NCBI GenBank assembly: GCA_964016885.1
Contig: OZ024757.1
Location: 26,722,001 to 26,786,000, forward strand
Length of the DNA stretch: 64,000 bases
Reading direction: 5' to 3'
Source of the DNA: Eledone cirrhosa
Lineage: Eukaryota
Of the stretch, positions 35,811 through 48,564 are shown piece after piece. The notes under the pieces were generated by a model. The model searched no databases. It worked only from the letters and a program-made list of their open reading frames with translations, and was not told the origin of the DNA. A program made the position numbers and the translations under genes. Every line of letters starts with the position of its first letter. Positions within the stretch are counted from its first letter, which is position 1.

Positions 35811-36556
35811 AAGTTGCTTTTATTTTCGTTAAAATGAAGAAGTAAGGGACTTTTATTTATTCGACAAATTTCAATTCGTTTATATATTTGCAATAACAAA
35901 AAGGAAAAGAAAGAGGGAACAAAATTAAATAACGAAAGTAAGGAAAAGGTTTAGGGGAAGGGAGAAAGGCAATGTTTAAATAAAAGAAGAGAGGAAAAAT
36001 AACTGGAAACTTAAGGAAATCTAAAGAGTACTAAAACATTGATTATTATGGTTTTATAGTATACACAACACAAATACTATATATATATATAGTTATGTAA
36101 TAAACAACATAAGATAATTATTTCATTTACCAGTGGTTTCTTGAAAGCAAACAAAATTTGCCTTCAATCATCAGAATGAAAAAATCCTGGTGTATTTATT
36201 GACAATGGATTTTAAAAAAACATATATATACATACATATATATATAGTATTTGTGTTGTTTATGTGTGTGTATATATATATATATATATACTCACATTTA
36301 CTCTCTTACTAACGTATTGAGTACCCTTTTTAAGCGTCTTTTTCAGGATGTTCATCGAAAATTCGCCTATATATATATATATATATAGGTGTGTTATGTT
36401 ATTTCCGCAGAAAAGGTAAAGGAAAGAAGAGTGCTCTATGTATAGTACAGAGCTATTTAATTACATAATAAAGAACACAATATAATTATTCCATAACCAA
36501 AGGTTTCAGGAAACTGGACGATCTTAACACGACGTCCAGCACACTCATATATATAT

Positions 36557-36590
<34 letters not shown>

Positions 36591-36968
36591 GTAAGTAGGA
36601 TCGAAGTTACTGTTGCAGTATAAACGTTATTGGTGTATTACAATCATAATGACACATTCAAACTGTTCAATGTATCTTTGCACATATAAACTCGCATATC
36701 TGATCGAAGAAGGTTGGGCCCCGATCATTAAGATTGTACATTCAACTGATCGATATTTAAACGGTTGTTATGTGCCAATAAAGTTTATATATATGCTGCA
36801 ACACCGACTTCGATCCTATATACTTTTATTTACACTCTACACGCTACAGTGGCCTTAAACTCTGGAATACAACACAACACTAGACCGACCTTGTAACAGC
36901 ATCGAGGGCTTAGATTGGCGCAACTCCTCTAAATGTATGTATACATTTATTTGGAACACCCTGTATAT

Positions 36969-37065
36969 ACAGCGTGTCCCAAAAATGTATACACACTTCA
37001 ACAGCATTCTAATAAATATTCTCTGTACAGGTAATCAAAGTGTGTATACATATTTTTGGGACACC

Positions 37066-37070
<5 letters not shown>
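36969..37070. mobile_element. Tc1/mariner-type ~100-bp MITE (representative)
   Basis: TA-flanked TIR CAG(G/C)GTGTCCC.AAAATGTATACACACTT. Copies at about 32600-32648, 57308-57388, 58134-58240, 58261-58365 and 58515-58595. Confidence 0.75.
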
Positions 37071-37112
<42 letters not shown>

Positions 37113-40100
37113 CACACACACATATATATATATACACGCACACATATATATATATATACACACACATATATGTATGTGTGTGTATATATTTATTTATATA
37201 TATATGTATGTGTGTGTATATATGTGTATATATATATATGTATGTGTGTATATATGTATATATATATAAAACAACGAGGGTGTGGTAAGATACCAGGTGG
37301 ACCAGGACTGATATATACGTGCTTATATATAAGTTCTCAATACACATGCACTTGTATATATATACTCTCAATAAACACACATATGCACTCTCCATATATA
37401 CACACTTACATATATGCACTCTCCATAAACACACTTAACATATACAGGCTCAAAGGTAAAGTCATCAAGTTCGTTAATACATAACGATTAAATGCTTCTC
37501 CTATTTACCTCTAGTGGGTAAACTAAATTATTCTTTATTCAGCTATTTTATTATGACATTTATTCTTTTGCAATGTCATATGTAAAAAAAAAACGAGACT
37601 CCCTTTTTTAATTTGCTTTCAATGATGTAAAAAGAATCCAGATTTTTTTCCTTTGCAAAAATGATGGTTAAAGGGAGAGAACTCACCAATGTTTTATGTT
37701 TTTAAAACGTGAAACACAAGTTGTCATATACGACACATACATATACACATAACTTTTTCCTGTTGTGTCCGGGACATTTGGGGTAACAAGCCCCCTGACA
37801 AACGAAGTGCCTTACCCAAGGTATCAGGTGATGCTCGAAGGTGTGCTTCGTTATTTCAACATCTTAGCCTCGCCATCACTCATGGTGATGCTGCGAGTGT
37901 GTTGGCTTGATTAAAAACGTATTAGAGGGTGGGCCCCAGTGCTCTTTGTTGCGGTGTGTGTGATTTAGTGTACAGGTCATCTTTCCCCACCCTCACCGGT
38001 AAATTTTTCTTCATCCCCAGCACTGTTTACATCTGCGTAATCTTATCTGTTATATAAATTATATTGACATTGTTTACACAGTAAGACTGACTAGATTATT
38101 TTGATACTTTCAAGCTACTAGTTCCTCAAGCACGCTCACACGGTATCTGTTGGTTTTATAAACTGTATTTACTCGTGTGTAAACGAAACCTTTTATAAGA
38201 AAAAAAAAAAAAAAAAAATCAAGACAAAAACAACGAGAATGCCAGCATGCGACTTGCACGCAAATATATACGGTATTTTCGTGGGTGTATATAAAGAAAA
38301 ATATAAAAATAAACTTACATATTCTTGAAAGAAACTTCCTTTCCATTTCTACCGTCTGGTCTAAACATACTGCAGTACTTAACCTGTGTGGTAGCGCCCC
38401 CTAGGGGGCGGCGTTAGAAGACAACGCCGAATATTGCTAAGGGAGGACGTTGTTTTACTTAGAAATAAAATGATTAAATCACATTAATATATATATATAT
38501 ATACAAGAAGGTAGTACAGCATAATCGAAGCTCTGGTTGCGGGCAAGCTATCGAATGCTGTCGGGAAGTGCAGCCAAAAGCACTCAATAAGTAGTTTTAA
38601 CTTAAACATCAATGTTTAGACAGCTATGCAAATTGAAGCCAGCGAGCCGCTAGGACCAGAACAACGAAAAACCCGACTCAGGGAAAAGTATATATATATA
38701 ATAGTAGAACACTAGTGGGTTATATACGTAGTAGTGGAACACTCAGTCCATAGGACGAGTTTGGCAGTAGTAGTTCCACAACAGTTAGTTCACCATAACG
38801 AGAACAAATATAATATATATTTATACACACATATGTATATGTGTATTTAGATAAGAAAAGGTGAGGTAAAATACCAGGTGGACCATAACCCACCAGAGTA
38901 CTTGATACTTGGGGTAGGAGAGTGGGTAATATGAAAAGATGCAGGACCCCGACGGCTGAGCTCCGGCCGTTTCGACAGCTAGATCCGAACGTATATGTAT
39001 ATATACGTACACATATATATATATTATACATATTTATCATCATTTTTACGTTCCTCCAATATTGCATGGGTTGGACGGGTCCTTTTCAGCACAGCATATC
39101 CCCACTCACTGCGTTCCTTCATCACCCTCGAGGCTCAGCTCTCACAACCTTTGCTTAGATCTTTCTTGGTCTACCTTTACTGCAGCTTCCTTTCGCTGGT
39201 ATTTCCTGGCAATTATATATATATATATATATATATAAAGATATGTACGGATAAAATTTGTTTGTGTAGATCAGTGTACAAATAAAAATAATAAGATTGC
39301 TTACCAAAGTATTTTTCACAACATGGTCTTTGCATGAGGTACGGTAATAGTCGAACAAGAGAGATCAAGGTACAGTATCCAGGTAGAAGATCACGTAATA
39401 ATAATATATTTAAATGTATAGGAAAAACAAACGACTAGGCATGAAGTATAGATTAGAAGTAAACTTTGATTAAATTCTTCACTTCACGCCCAGTCGTTCG
39501 TTTTTCCTATACATTTATATATATGTGTGTGTGTGTGTGTGTAATATTCATATTTCTATATACATATATACAACAACACCATTTCTCTGTAAAGTTATGT
39601 TGGTACCACAGAACATCCAGTTCAAACTAAAGAAAACCTCAGTTTTATATATATAGATAATAGTAGTTGAGAAATTGTTATGGTGATTTCTATATATATA
39701 CTAGGGAATTTCCTTATATATATCATCATCATTTAACTTTCACTTTCCACCAAATTCACTGCTTGAAGTCAACAGTTTCATCGATTTCCAATCTTCATTA
39801 TCACCTTTTTTTAAAAATGTATCATGGATAACTTTACTAATTACAGAAGTGTAACACAGTCTTTGTTCAGTTTATGTGCATATATCAATATGCACACTAT
39901 ATATACTAGCAGAAAACCACCTAAAGGCCGGTTCCTCTGCTAGTATATATAATGGAGAAAGAGAGAGAGAAGAAAGAAAAAAATTCAAGAAGGTAATTTA
40001 AGAAAGAATTTTATTTCCACTCAAGTGTAACATATCTACAGTTAATATGGTAAAGTGGCAAGATATATAATTTTTAATATTTCAAATTAGCATACCATGG

Positions 40101-40528
40101 TAATTTGTTTTGGCCTCAAGACCATGCAAAGCACCTCATATATTTTTTTTTGTTTTTTTTTTGGTTGTTTTTTTTATTTTCCAAGAAAATATAAAGAATT
40201 TTATTTTCCAAATTTTATATTCACCTCCACCCCTCTGCTCTAGATATTTTTTTTACAGTGTTACACCTACTTGCTGTTGTTCAGTAGAGTGTAATATTTG
40301 GCAAGTCCCCCTGATATGTAAGAAAAAAAACTGACATATCCCTCATACCCCTTATAAGGGATTTGTCCCATAACTCCTGGTAGAGTTGTAGGAGTGCCGT
40401 ATTGACATGCAGCGTTTCTTGTGCATTTTAAGCCTGGTGGAACCTGTCTCTCTCCAGGCCAGAGTACAGCAGATTTCTTCCAGATTAAGATAGAAAGTGA
40501 GAGAGAGGAAATGAGAAAGAACCAACCT

Positions 40529-40790
40529 CAGTACTAGACTGGTACTTTTTTATCAACCTCGAAAGGATGAAAGGCAAAGTTGACCTCAGCAAAGTACAGT
40601 GAGAAGAGATATAGAGGGAGAATCTACCCCAGTACTAGGCTGGTACTTTTTTATCAACCTCGAAAGGATGAAAGGCAAAGTTGACCTCAGCAAAGTACAG
40701 TGAGAAGAGATATAGAGGGAGAATCTACCCCAGTACTAGGCTGGTACTTTTTTTATCAACTGCAAAAGGATGAAAGGCTAAGTTGACCTC
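40529..40790. repeat. ~101-bp tandem triplication of a SINE segment
   Basis: CAGTACTAG.CTGGTACTTTTTTATCAAC recurs at 40529, 40630 and 40731. Confidence 0.85.
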
Positions 40791-41199
40791 GGTGGGATTT
40801 GAACTCAGAGTGCAGAGAGCCGGAACAAATACCATAAAGCATTCTATCCAACATTCTAATGACTGTGAATTCACCACCTTATAAGGGATTACCATCTTTA
40901 AAATAAAATTAAAAAAGGGGTGGGAGTGAAAAAATATATTGGATAATGTAGTCATAGATATATTATATCTGAATAAAAAAGAACAAACAATAAAAAAAAC
41001 GGAAGTGAATGGCTAAACGCCTTATAACCATAGGTTTGATCTATCAGGCCTGACCTAGGGCTAAACAACTAAAATTAATAATTCTTTCTAATATTGGTAC
41101 AAAGCCAGCAGTTTAGAGGGAAGGGTAAATTCAATTATGTTGACCTAAGAAGTTTACTGGTATTTTATTATATTTTATTAACCTCAGAAGGTTTGAGAG

Positions 41200-41730
41200 A
41201 TGTGGTTAGAATGTCTCAGGAAAGAATTACTGGAGAGATTTGTAGCTCAGAGATCAGAGAGTCGCTCCAGGTAGAGCAGCTACTTCTCTGAATTAGGAGA
41301 TCACAGCTCCAATACTATGGCCATGTGGTTAGAATGTCTCAGGAAAGAATTGCTGGAGAGATTTGTAGCTCAGAGATCAGAGAGTCGCTCCAGGTAGAGC
41401 AGCTACTTCTCTGAATTAGGAGATCACAGCACCAATACTATGGCCATGTGGTTAGAATGTCTCAGGAAAGAATTGCTGGAGAGATTTGTAGCTCAGAGAT
41501 CAGAGAGTTGCTCCAGGTAGAGCAGCTACTTCTCTGAATTAGGAGATCACAGCACCAATACTATGGCCATGTGGTTAGAATGTCTCAGGAAAGAATTGCT
41601 GGAGAGATTTGTAGCTCAGAGATCAGAGAGTTGCTCCAGGTAGAGCAGCTACTTCTCTGAATTAGGAGATCACAGCTCCAATACTATGGCCATGTGGTTA
41701 GAATGTCTCAGGAAAGAATTGCTGGACAGA
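41200..41730 (+). repeat. 123-bp tandem repeat (4 units plus a partial) derived from an RTE 3' coding segment
   Basis: ATGTGGTTAGAATGTCTCAGG recurs at 41200, 41323, 41446, 41569 and 41692, then continues into the RTE 3' end to about 41940. Confidence 0.9.
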
Positions 41731-44700
41731 TTTTATGGGCAAAACCGACTGGCAGGAGACCCAGAGGTAGACCCCTCCCCCCACAGCAAGATAGTTGAAT
41801 AACAGTCACGAGCTTGGCTGGTCATGCTTGGGGATCCAGCCAGATTAGTTGAAGACAGTTGCTTCTGACAGAAACCCACTAGAGGGAGTGTTTGAGGACT
41901 CTGCCCTCTCAGGAATAAGTGGCTGAAGCATAAGAAAAAGATTGAAAGACAGAGTTGATCTAGCCGAGATTTGAACTCAGAATGTAGAGAAAGCCGTAAC
42001 TAAATACCACAAATCATTTTATCTGACGCTCTATCGACCATGCTAATCCATCGCCATATTGCATTTTGTAATCATCTTTTAATTTTGGCACAAGATCTAC
42101 AAATTTAGAGAAAGGGAAAGTCAATTATATCGACTCCCAGTACATGACTGGTACTTTATTTTATTGACCCTTGATGGATGAAAGTCAAAGTTGACTTCAG
42201 TGGGATTTGAACCCAGAAAGTAGAAAGCTAATTAAATACAGCAAAACATTTTGTCTGGGTCTCTACCAATTCTGCTAATCCACCACCATAAAACTAATCT
42301 ACAGAATACTACAACTAATAGAAATGTCTAACATTGACACAAAGCCACACATTTTTGGTGGACGGAGTCAGGGCCTCCAAGAGAAATTTTGCAAGGTGGT
42401 ATAAGACCCCTTTGGGACCCCGAAGCAGGCAAAGATTTTTCTGATGTTGCATGGTTGCTGTGGGGCCTTCTTAGCTCTGGAACAAAGTACTAGCTGGACC
42501 TCCCTCACATAGGCCCTGGATAAAGTACAGTTAGTCGCTTAAATTGACTTTCCCACCCTAGTATATTTTATAGACGCCCACCCCTCACTGCAATTAATAA
42601 AAATGTCTAACATAGACACGAAGCCACACATTTTTGGTGGATGGAGTACAGTTAGTAGATTAAATTGATCCTACCACCACTAGTATCTAACAAACAATTT
42701 ATTTTATCAACCCCTGACGCCCACCTCCAGTAGTTGTTAAAAAGTTAACGTCCATCCCAAGCCTGGAAACTCATTAGGCCAGTATTTATCCCAATTTTAA
42801 ATTAACCCTTTAGCATTTACATTACTCTATATTTATTATTGTATTTTCACGGTAAAGGCTTTACCTCACATAATATCGAATCTATGAGATTTTGATATTA
42901 TTTATTTTGAGAACAATACCTTAACATCAGTATGAGCGGCTGGTTATAGACAGTTTGAACAGAAAGAGGTGAGAGAATTCTGACCGGATACGGCTGGTTT
43001 AAATGCTAAAGTGTTAAGCAACTGAGAGTACAAGACTCCCTACCTAAACAGGAAGTTAGATCATTGCAGGGTTAACTCACAGTTACTGCTTGTACCCATT
43101 TTCAGCTGAGTCAACTGAAGCAACATGAAGTGAAGTGTTTTGCTCAAGAACACAACATACCACCTAGTCCAGGAATTGAACCCTTACCACTAGGCCACAT
43201 GCCTACATTCAAGTAGTTGATTACTACTATATTTATCCCCCTCCCCCTCTTCCCATGGATGAAAGACAAAGTTGGTTTTAGAAGGATTTGTTCTCTGTAA
43301 TAATGGTACCTCAGTTTGGCACGTGGCCAGCAATTTGGCTGTGAGGAAATGGTCAATTATATTTGTTTCTACTTTTAGGCACAAGGCCAGCAATTTCCCA
43401 GTGCATTACTGGTACTTTATTTTATCGACCCCGTAAGGATGAAAGGCAAAGTTAACCTCGGCGGGATTTGAACTCAAATCGTAAAGGGACGTAACTACGC
43501 TGGAAAGCATGGCGTCCGACCCTCTACCGATACTGCCAATCCACCGCTGTGAGGAAATGGTCAATTATATTGACTCCTGGAAAGATGAAAGGCAAAGTTG
43601 ACCATTGCAGCATTTGAACTCAGAATGAAAACAAATACCGCAACACATTTTGTCTGACGCTCTAACAACTTTGCTGATCCACTGCCCTAAACCAGAATTT
43701 AAATTCACTGGAGAATCAAGGTATTGATCCCAGTACCTCTCATATGTTCAGCGAGCACTCTACCATCTAAGCTAATAACACATCTGGCAGTTTCTACAAT
43801 GATTTCTACTATAGGCACAAGGCCAGCAATTTGGGGAGAGGGGGAAGTCGATTAAATCAACTCCAGTGTAAGAATAAATGTGCGAAGAAAAAGAAGAATA
43901 GTTCCTAATTTTTTTTGGGGGGGTGGGGGGGTAAAAGTCAATTATACTGACCCAGAACTTTATTTTATCAACCATGCAAGGATGAAAAGCAAAGTTGAGT
44001 TCGACAGGATTTGAACTCAGAATGTAAAGGGCCTTAACTAAATGTTGCCAAACAGTTTGGCTGATGCTTTAAGGATCTTTTCCAATTCCCTGCCTTGTTT
44101 AATGGTTTTTAGTTTAGTCACAATGCCAACAGTCAGTTTTAGAGGGAGCTGAAAGTTGATTAAATTGACCCCAGTTATTGACCCAACAAAGATGAAATGT
44201 AAAGTTGTCCTCGGTGGTATTCGAACTCAGAAATATAAATATCCATAGCTATTTATCACATGGTATTTTGTCCGACACTCAACCGATTTTGCCACTTAAC
44301 TGCTCTGATTGCTAACATAGGCCAGAGATTTTAGTAGTAGTTGTGGTGGTAGAGGTTATAGTTGGTTATAGTGACCCTTCTTCCTCAGTATAACACTGGT
44401 ACTTATTTTATTGATTTGGAGGGATTGAAGTAACAATCCTAGATATTTTGCCACAAAAACATCAACAAAATATGCTGGCACGTGTGTGTGTAGGTCAGTA
44501 AGTATATATAATTGTGTGTAAGAGCATGTCTGAAAGGATCTTTATTCTTTATGAATATGCGAGTGTGCACATGCATATGTTAGTATGTCTGATTACATCT
44601 ATGTGTGTGAAAGCATGCTCGTGTGTGTGTGTGTGAGAATGTGGCCAAAATATGTCTGAGTGCCCGAGATCTTTATGTATTTGTTAATATGTGTGAGTGT

Positions 44701-44866
44701 ATATCTGTATGTGAATGACTGATTGTCTATGGCTATCTGTGTGTGTGTGTGTGTGTGTGTGTGTTTGTAGTTCTTAGTGGTGTTCACTTCATGAGTGTGT
44801 ATCTATCTGTGTGTGAGAGAGTGTGTCTATCTGTGTGTCTGTGTCTGTATGTGAAGGAATATGTCT

Positions 44867-45074
44867 TTAGTCCTTGCTGGTGTTGTCCACTCCTTGATGA
44901 TTTTTATTGTACTGGCGATGCCACTCAATGTTGGTCTTGGAGACACCTTCGCCTCGCTTTGCAGCCTGTTTTCCACTGTACATCACTACAATACAGAGAA
45001 CAATAGTAACTGCTACCATGCACAGACTCACATAGATACGACTTTTGTCTCTGGCAGTGTTGATCAGTGTCAAC
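44867..45074 (-). CDS. FAM162A: FAM162/UPF0389 family protein, terminal exon (LTLINTARDKSRIYVSLCMVAVTIVLCIVVMYSGKQAAKRGEGVSKTNIEWH...)
   Basis: Transmembrane helix followed by SGKQAAKRGE...N.EWH is characteristic of the family; TTTTAG acceptor, TAA stop. Confidence 0.9.
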
Positions 45075-46972
45075 CTAAAAAGACAACATAAAAAAAAAAA
45101 AGAAAAAAGTAAAGTTAACCCATTAACATTTATCGTATTTCCTTGCATCGAAGACACTACTTTTTTCCCTAAAATAAGTCTCAAAAATCTACCATGAGTC
45201 CTGGAAGGCGAAGGTTATTTATTAGCTTTTTCAAACGGGGCAGTGGATTGGCAGTATCGGTAGAGGGTTGGACACCATACTTTGCAGCATAGAGTTACAT
45301 CCCTTTATGATCTGAGTTCAAATCCTGCCGAGGTTAACTTTGCCTTTCATCCTGACGGGGGTCGATAAAATAAAGTACCAGTAATGTACTGGCTAGTTGC
45401 TGGCCTTGTGCCAAAAGTAGAAACAATTATTTTTTTCAAATTTTTGGTTGTCAAAATTAGGGTGTGTCCTCGAGGACAAACCGTCTTTGGTGCCGGGAAA
45501 TATGGTATATATATATATATATTCTATTATATTTTTGTTGTAAAGTCTTTACCTCACATACTTATTTCACATAATATCGAATCTATGAGATTTTGATTAG
45601 TGTGTGTGTGTTGGGGAAGCAGAGATAGAAATGTAGGAAGAGATAAAAAAGGTGAATATTTTCTTTAACCCTTTAGCATTTACATTACTCTATATATGCT
45701 ATTATATTTTTGTTGTAAAATCTTTACCTCACATAATATCGAATCTATGAGATTTTGATGTTATTTATTTTGAGAACAATACCTTAACTTAAGCATGAGT
45801 AGCCAGTTACGACTGGTTTAAATGCTAAAGTGTTAACCCTTTAGCATTTACGTTTTTCTATATATACTATTGTATTTTCACAGTAAAGTCTTTACCTCAC
45901 ATAATATCTCATATAATATCGAATCTATGAGATTTTAATATTTATTTTGAGACCAATACTTTAACATCAGTATGAATGGCCAATTACGGCTGGTTTGAAC
46001 AGAAAGAGGTGAGAGAATTCTGGCCGGATACGGCTGGTTTAGATACTAAAGGCTTAAAGTCTATCCTAAGCCTGGAGGCTCACCGGGCCGGTGCTTATTC
46101 TGGTTTCCTTGGAGTTTCGCAATTAATGTTTTAGCATTTAAACCAGCCATCTCCGGTCAGAATTCTCTCACCTCTTTCTGTTCAAACCAGCCATAACCGA
46201 CTGCTCATACTTATGTTAAGGTATTGTTATCAAAATAAATAATATCAATAGATTCAATATTATGTGAAATAATCATTTGAGATAAAGCCTTCATCGTGAA
46301 AATATAATTGTTTCTACTTTTGGCACAAGGCCAGCAATTATCCCAGTGCATTACTGGTACTTTATTTTATCGACCTCGTAAGGATGAAAGGCAAAGTTAA
46401 CCTTGGCGAGAGTAATGTAAATGGTAAAGGGTTAAGAATACATGACTTTTTCCATGGACAGGACGCTAGTCCTTCACGGGGTTAGCTACCAACTACTGCT
46501 GGTACTCATTTACAACTGAGTGTACTGAAACAACATGAAATCAAGTGTTTGTTTAGCCTAAAAGGAGAGAGGGGGAAATAAGTAAAGAACAAAACAATTA
46601 TTTTGCACCTAAGCACAGTACACAATAATTTCATTATATTATATTAAGAGGGCGGGGGACTGGCAGTATCGCTAGAAGGTCGGATACCCTGCTTTGCAGC
46701 ATAGAGTTACGGCCCTTTATAGTCTGAGTTCAAATCCCCTCGAGCTTAACTTTGCCTTTCATCCTTACGGGGTTGATAGTACCAGTAATATAATGGGATA
46801 ATTGCTGGCCTTGTGCCAAAAGTAGAAACAATTATATTAAGAATGCAACATGCCCTTCTCCACCCCCAATCTGTCGAGGATCACCGAACCCAGGACCTTA
46901 TGATTATGTGCCAAACACCTTAAACCCAAGGCCACTAAGAACAACATATGCATTAAAATGAAATATACTTAC

Positions 46973-47072
46973 GAAATATATTCAGGGACTTCGTCAACAG
47001 TCTTATATTTCTTGTGCCAAACCAAAATGCGTTTATCAAGATTTGTTGCTCTCTTTTGGTTAGCTGGATTTC
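46973..47072 (-). CDS. FAM162A: FAM162/UPF0389 family protein, penultimate exon (NPANQKRATNLDKRILVWHKKYKTVDEVPEYI)
   Basis: DK.ILVW...K..dEvPe motif; TTCTAG acceptor, GTAAGT donor; joins the terminal exon in phase 2. Confidence 0.9.
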
Positions 47073-47481
47073 CTAGAATTGAAGTACAGAAATCCATTAT
47101 ATTTAGTAAGATTTATCATGTTTATACATCATCATCACTCGTCGACTACTGTCGAGATGATGGATCTCACTCTCATGCCCCAGAATCCCCTGTCCCCCAT
47201 CGCTGCCTCCAGGTCCCGTCTGCTGATTCCCGTAGCCCTAGAGATAACGTCAGGGAATGACAGCTTCCTACTCCTAGTCAGGCTGGAGTCAGGGTTTATA
47301 CAATGGAACTGACTAGTTTGGTGAATTAATTTGGCTTCCTTCTAACCGTTTGTTTGGCAGGTTTTCTACTGTATGGTCACTAAACATTTTACATTTTGAA
47401 TTATATACATATATATATATATATATATACATACACTTTTTGATGAGTTGTAGTGCACCTGAGCACTGTACACAATATTTC

Positions 47482-47513
<32 letters not shown>

Positions 47514-48514
47514 TATATAATAATAATAATCGTTTCTACTCTTTGGCACAAGGCCAGCAATTACCCAGTGCATTACTGGTACTTTATTTTATCGACCCCG
47601 TAAGGATGAAAGGCAAAGTTAACCTCAGCGGGATTTGAACTTAGAATGGCAAGGGCCGTAACTCTTTGTTGCAAAGCATGGTGTCCGACCCTCTACCAAT
47701 ACTGCCAATCCAATAATATATATATATATATATTATAAAAACAGATTAAAGTTTAAGCTAAGAATCGTTGCTTTCACCCTTAACGGGATCTTTTGAGTTT
47801 CAGATACCGTTAAGGGTGAAAGCAGCGATTCTTTGCTTAAACTTTAATCTGTTATAGGGAAAAGCAAACGTAAAATGATGATGATGATATATATATGTAT
47901 AACAAAGGGGGTGTGGTAAGATACCAGGTGGGCCATAACCCACCAGAGTACTTGATACGTGGGGTAGTAGAGTGGGTAATATGAAAAGAGTCAGGACCCC
48001 AATGGCTGAGCTCCGGCTGTTTCGACAGCTAGATCTGAACTCGGATCTAATTGTTGAAATGGCCGGTGCTCAGTCGTTGAGGTCCCAAATCTTTTCATAT
48101 ATATATCATTTCATCATTTCATCATTTCATTTTACGTCCGCTTCTCCCTGCTTGCAAGGGTGGGACGGGAACTGATTCTGGCTTGATTTCTACAGCTGGA
48201 TGCCCTTCCTAACACCAACCTCATTTACAGTGAGTGCTGGGTGCTTTTTTACCGTGGCACCTCCACGACCACTTTGCAGTGGAATGATATGGACCTCAGT
48301 CCCTATCATCTCATTTCTACAGCTGAGTAATAATAGTAATATAGTAATAATAAAAAATGTGAAGAATAAAATCCGAAGAGGGCTCGATAAGGATTATATA
48401 TATATAAAAACCGTAGAGCAAATATTTATTAAAATAACAGATTAAAGTTTAAGTAAAGAATCGCTAACATTAAAGGTGAAAGCAGTGATTCTTTGCTTAA
48501 ACTTTAATCTGTTA

Positions 48515-48564
<50 letters not shown>

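Noticed and set aside
38371-38380. TGCAGTAC as the CTCF upstream motif
   Set aside because: Spacing to the putative core appears longer than the usual arrangement.
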